This document shows positions 62,293 to 64,000 of a stretch of 64,000 nt of DNA, in pieces. This stretch comes from Aulosira sp. ZfuVER01. Lineage in GTDB: Bacteria; Cyanobacteriota; Cyanobacteriia; Cyanobacteriales; Nostocaceae. A program made the translations under genes and the position numbers. The stretch is from NCBI GenBank assembly GCA_034530615.2, contig JAVRCV020000041.1:192001-256000 (forward strand), written 5' to 3'. The first letter of the stretch is position 1. Every line of letters starts with the position of its first letter. Below the pieces are notes generated by a model. That model made no database searches, was not told the origin of the DNA, and saw only the letters and a list, made by a program, of their open reading frames with translations.

Positions 62293-62466
62293 TTATTGGT
62301 GTTTTAAATAAAAAATCACTAAATAATCAAGAGAAAATTATTAAAATAACACGTCTATTTCTTAAGATAAAATTTAATTCAGTCGTGAGAAAGATGAAAA
62401 TAAATCCACAAAATTCTAGTTTAGTTAATAGCGAATGAAAGTTAAAAATTTGAGGGGAAAAAATAT

Positions 62467-63345
62467 ATGGCACTTTACAAACTACAAGATTTTGATCCCA
62501 ACTACCACGATACTTTTCAGGGTGATGACATTAAAGGTCTTGGTGTTTATGCAGATGGTACCGATGAAAAAATTGGCAGCGTCAGCGATGTTTTAGTAGA
62601 TGATGAAGGGCATTTCCGTTATCTAATCGTTGACTTAGGCTTCTGGATTTTTGGTAAAAAAGTATTGTTACCTATTGGACGCGCTCGAATTGACTATAAC
62701 GTTGACCGCGTCTACGCAATTGGCATGACCAGGCAGCAAGCTGAAGAGTTACCTGAGTTCAACGAACGCTCAACAATGGATTACGACTATGAGGAACGAG
62801 TACGTGGCGTATATCGCCGTCCTCTAGATGCAACATCTACTGTAGATACAACAGCATCTCTAGATGCAAACTATCAGCCATTAACAACACCAACTTATAA
62901 CCGCGATACATACACCTACGACAACGAGCCTGCTTTGTACAACATCAATGAGCGTGATAATCAAACTCTGAAATTGTATGAAGAAAGGCTAATTGCTAAC
63001 AAAAGACGGCAAAAAGCTGGCGAAGTTGCAATTGGTAAGCGCGTAGAAACCGAGACTGCAAGTGTAGAAGTTCCTTTGGAAAAGGAACGTGTGGTTATTG
63101 AGCGTGTAACACCAACAGATGCTGGTCGTCCTGTGGCGGCTGGCGAAGCTAATTTCCGCGAAGGTGAAGTAGCTCGCATGGAAATCTATGAAGAAACTCC
63201 TGACATTCGCAAAGAAGCAGTTGTGCGTGAAGAAGTCAGAGTTAAAAAAGTAGTAGAGCAAGAAACTTCTGAAGCTCAAGCAACTGTGCGTCGTGAAGAA
63301 CTAGATGTAGATACTACTGGCGGACTACCAATTGAAGAACGCTAA
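62467..63345 (+). CDS. PRC-barrel plus DUF2382 (YsnF/AvaK-like) protein
   Basis: Same motifs as the upstream paralogue; DLGFWIFGKKVLLPIG. Confidence 0.9.
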   Translation: MALYKLQDFDPNYHDTFQGDDIKGLGVYADGTDEKIGSVSDVLVDDEGHFRYLIVDLGFWIFGKKVLLPIGRARIDYNVDRVYAIGMTRQQAEELPEFNERSTMDYDYEERVRGVYRRPLDATSTVDTTASLDANYQPLTTPTYNRDTYTYDNEPALYNINERDNQTLKLYEERLIANKRRQKAGEVAIGKRVETETASVEVPLEKERVVIERVTPTDAGRPVAAGEANFREGEVARMEIYEETPDIRKEAVVREEVRVKKVVEQETSEAQATVRREELDVDTTGGLPIEER

Positions 63346-63387
63346 TCTATAAAGTTATTAGTGATCAACTAATAACTAGTTAGACAT

Positions 63388-63423
63388 AGTACAGGTAGAG
63401 CTTCAGATAGCTTTGCCTGTACT
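63388..63423 (+). terminator. Hairpin after second DUF2382 gene
   Basis: AGTACAGGTAGAGC...GCTTTGCCTGTACT. Confidence 0.55.
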
Positions 63424-63561
63424 GAAAATTAATCATTAACATCAATTTATAATTTGATATTTTGCTTATTTAGCACTCTGATTAATTTTTTATTCTTTTC
63501 AATTAAGAGTAGCTAAAAGCGATAGTCAGCAGTTCCAAAAGCAGTTATTAAATTTTACCTT

Positions 63562-64000
63562 ATGAATAGCCAAACTTTAATCAGAAAGTCTGAGCTAGCA
63601 AATCCAGCAGATATTAATAAAAGGATTAGCAAACTGCTGGATAATTTGGGAAGCAAAGTGAGAAATTTTGCTGTGCTAGATAAAAAAGGACAATTGCTAG
63701 GTGAAGTCCAAGAGTTAATTTTAGATGCTGAAAATCGTCTAAACCTAGTTATATCCCAACTGCCAAATCAATATAGTGCCAAATCCAGTAGCAATAAGTT
63801 GTTACGATTACGGAGTCAGAGAATTCAAAAAATTGACAATCCTACTCAATCGATTTTCGTAGATTTAGAAAAATCAGAAATAGAAAATATGCCTGAAAAT
63901 TTAGAAATCCATCAACCAGGCGAGCAGATAACATCAGATAGCTCAACTGGAGAATTAATTAATAATCAAAATACAAATGTAGTAGAGGTTGGGGAAGAAA
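63562..64000 (+). CDS. PRC-barrel protein, probably a third DUF2382 paralogue; runs off the window end
   Basis: Manual translation MNSQTLIRKSE...FAVLDKKGQLLGEVQELILDAENRLNLVI..., open to the window end. Confidence 0.72.
   Translation, partial: MNSQTLIRKSELANPADINKRISKLLDNLGSKVRNFAVLDKKGQLLGEVQELILDAENRLNLVISQLPNQYSAKSSSNKLLRLRSQRIQKIDNPTQSIFVDLEKSEIENMPENLEIHQPGEQITSDSSTGELINNQNTNVVEVGEE

Noticed and set aside
1..64000. HIP1 (GCGATCGC) abundance as a novel signal
   Set aside because: Well-known genome-wide cyanobacterial feature; used only as a taxonomic clue

Overview
64-kb window from a filamentous cyanobacterium, most likely Nostocales. This assignment is inferred from very frequent HIP1 octamers (GCGATCGC), STRR-type short tandem repeats, small dispersed palindromic repeats and gene content. 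The backbone is ordinary: a partial glycogen debranching enzyme, 2-Cys peroxiredoxin, two GSTs, a DnaJ-family protein, glgC, rbp-rpsU, a MarR-EmrAB efflux locus, ftsX, def, recJ, pfkA, a multicopper oxidase and three PRC-barrel/DUF2382 genes. Four separate STAND/NLR-like loci are embedded in it. (1) A metacaspase-STAND-TM-WD40 gene, followed by a colinear stand-alone WD40 paralogue and divergent from a Trypco1-like gene. (2) An HTH-NB-ARC-WD40 gene facing small membrane ORFs across a repeated palindromic operator-like motif. (3) A CHAT-TIR-AAA_35 gene paired with an AAA_35-TM-WD40x14 gene whose near-identical repeats vary at fixed positions. (4) A coupled HTH-ATPase plus membrane ATPase pair. 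Also present: a 21-bp palindromic tandem array, a GNAT gene split by one in-frame TAG, an unannotated 43-aa ORF and a class III cyclase with GTP-type residues. No rRNA, tRNA, CRISPR array, transposase or reverse transcriptase was seen. All domain calls are by eye from motifs, not from database searches.
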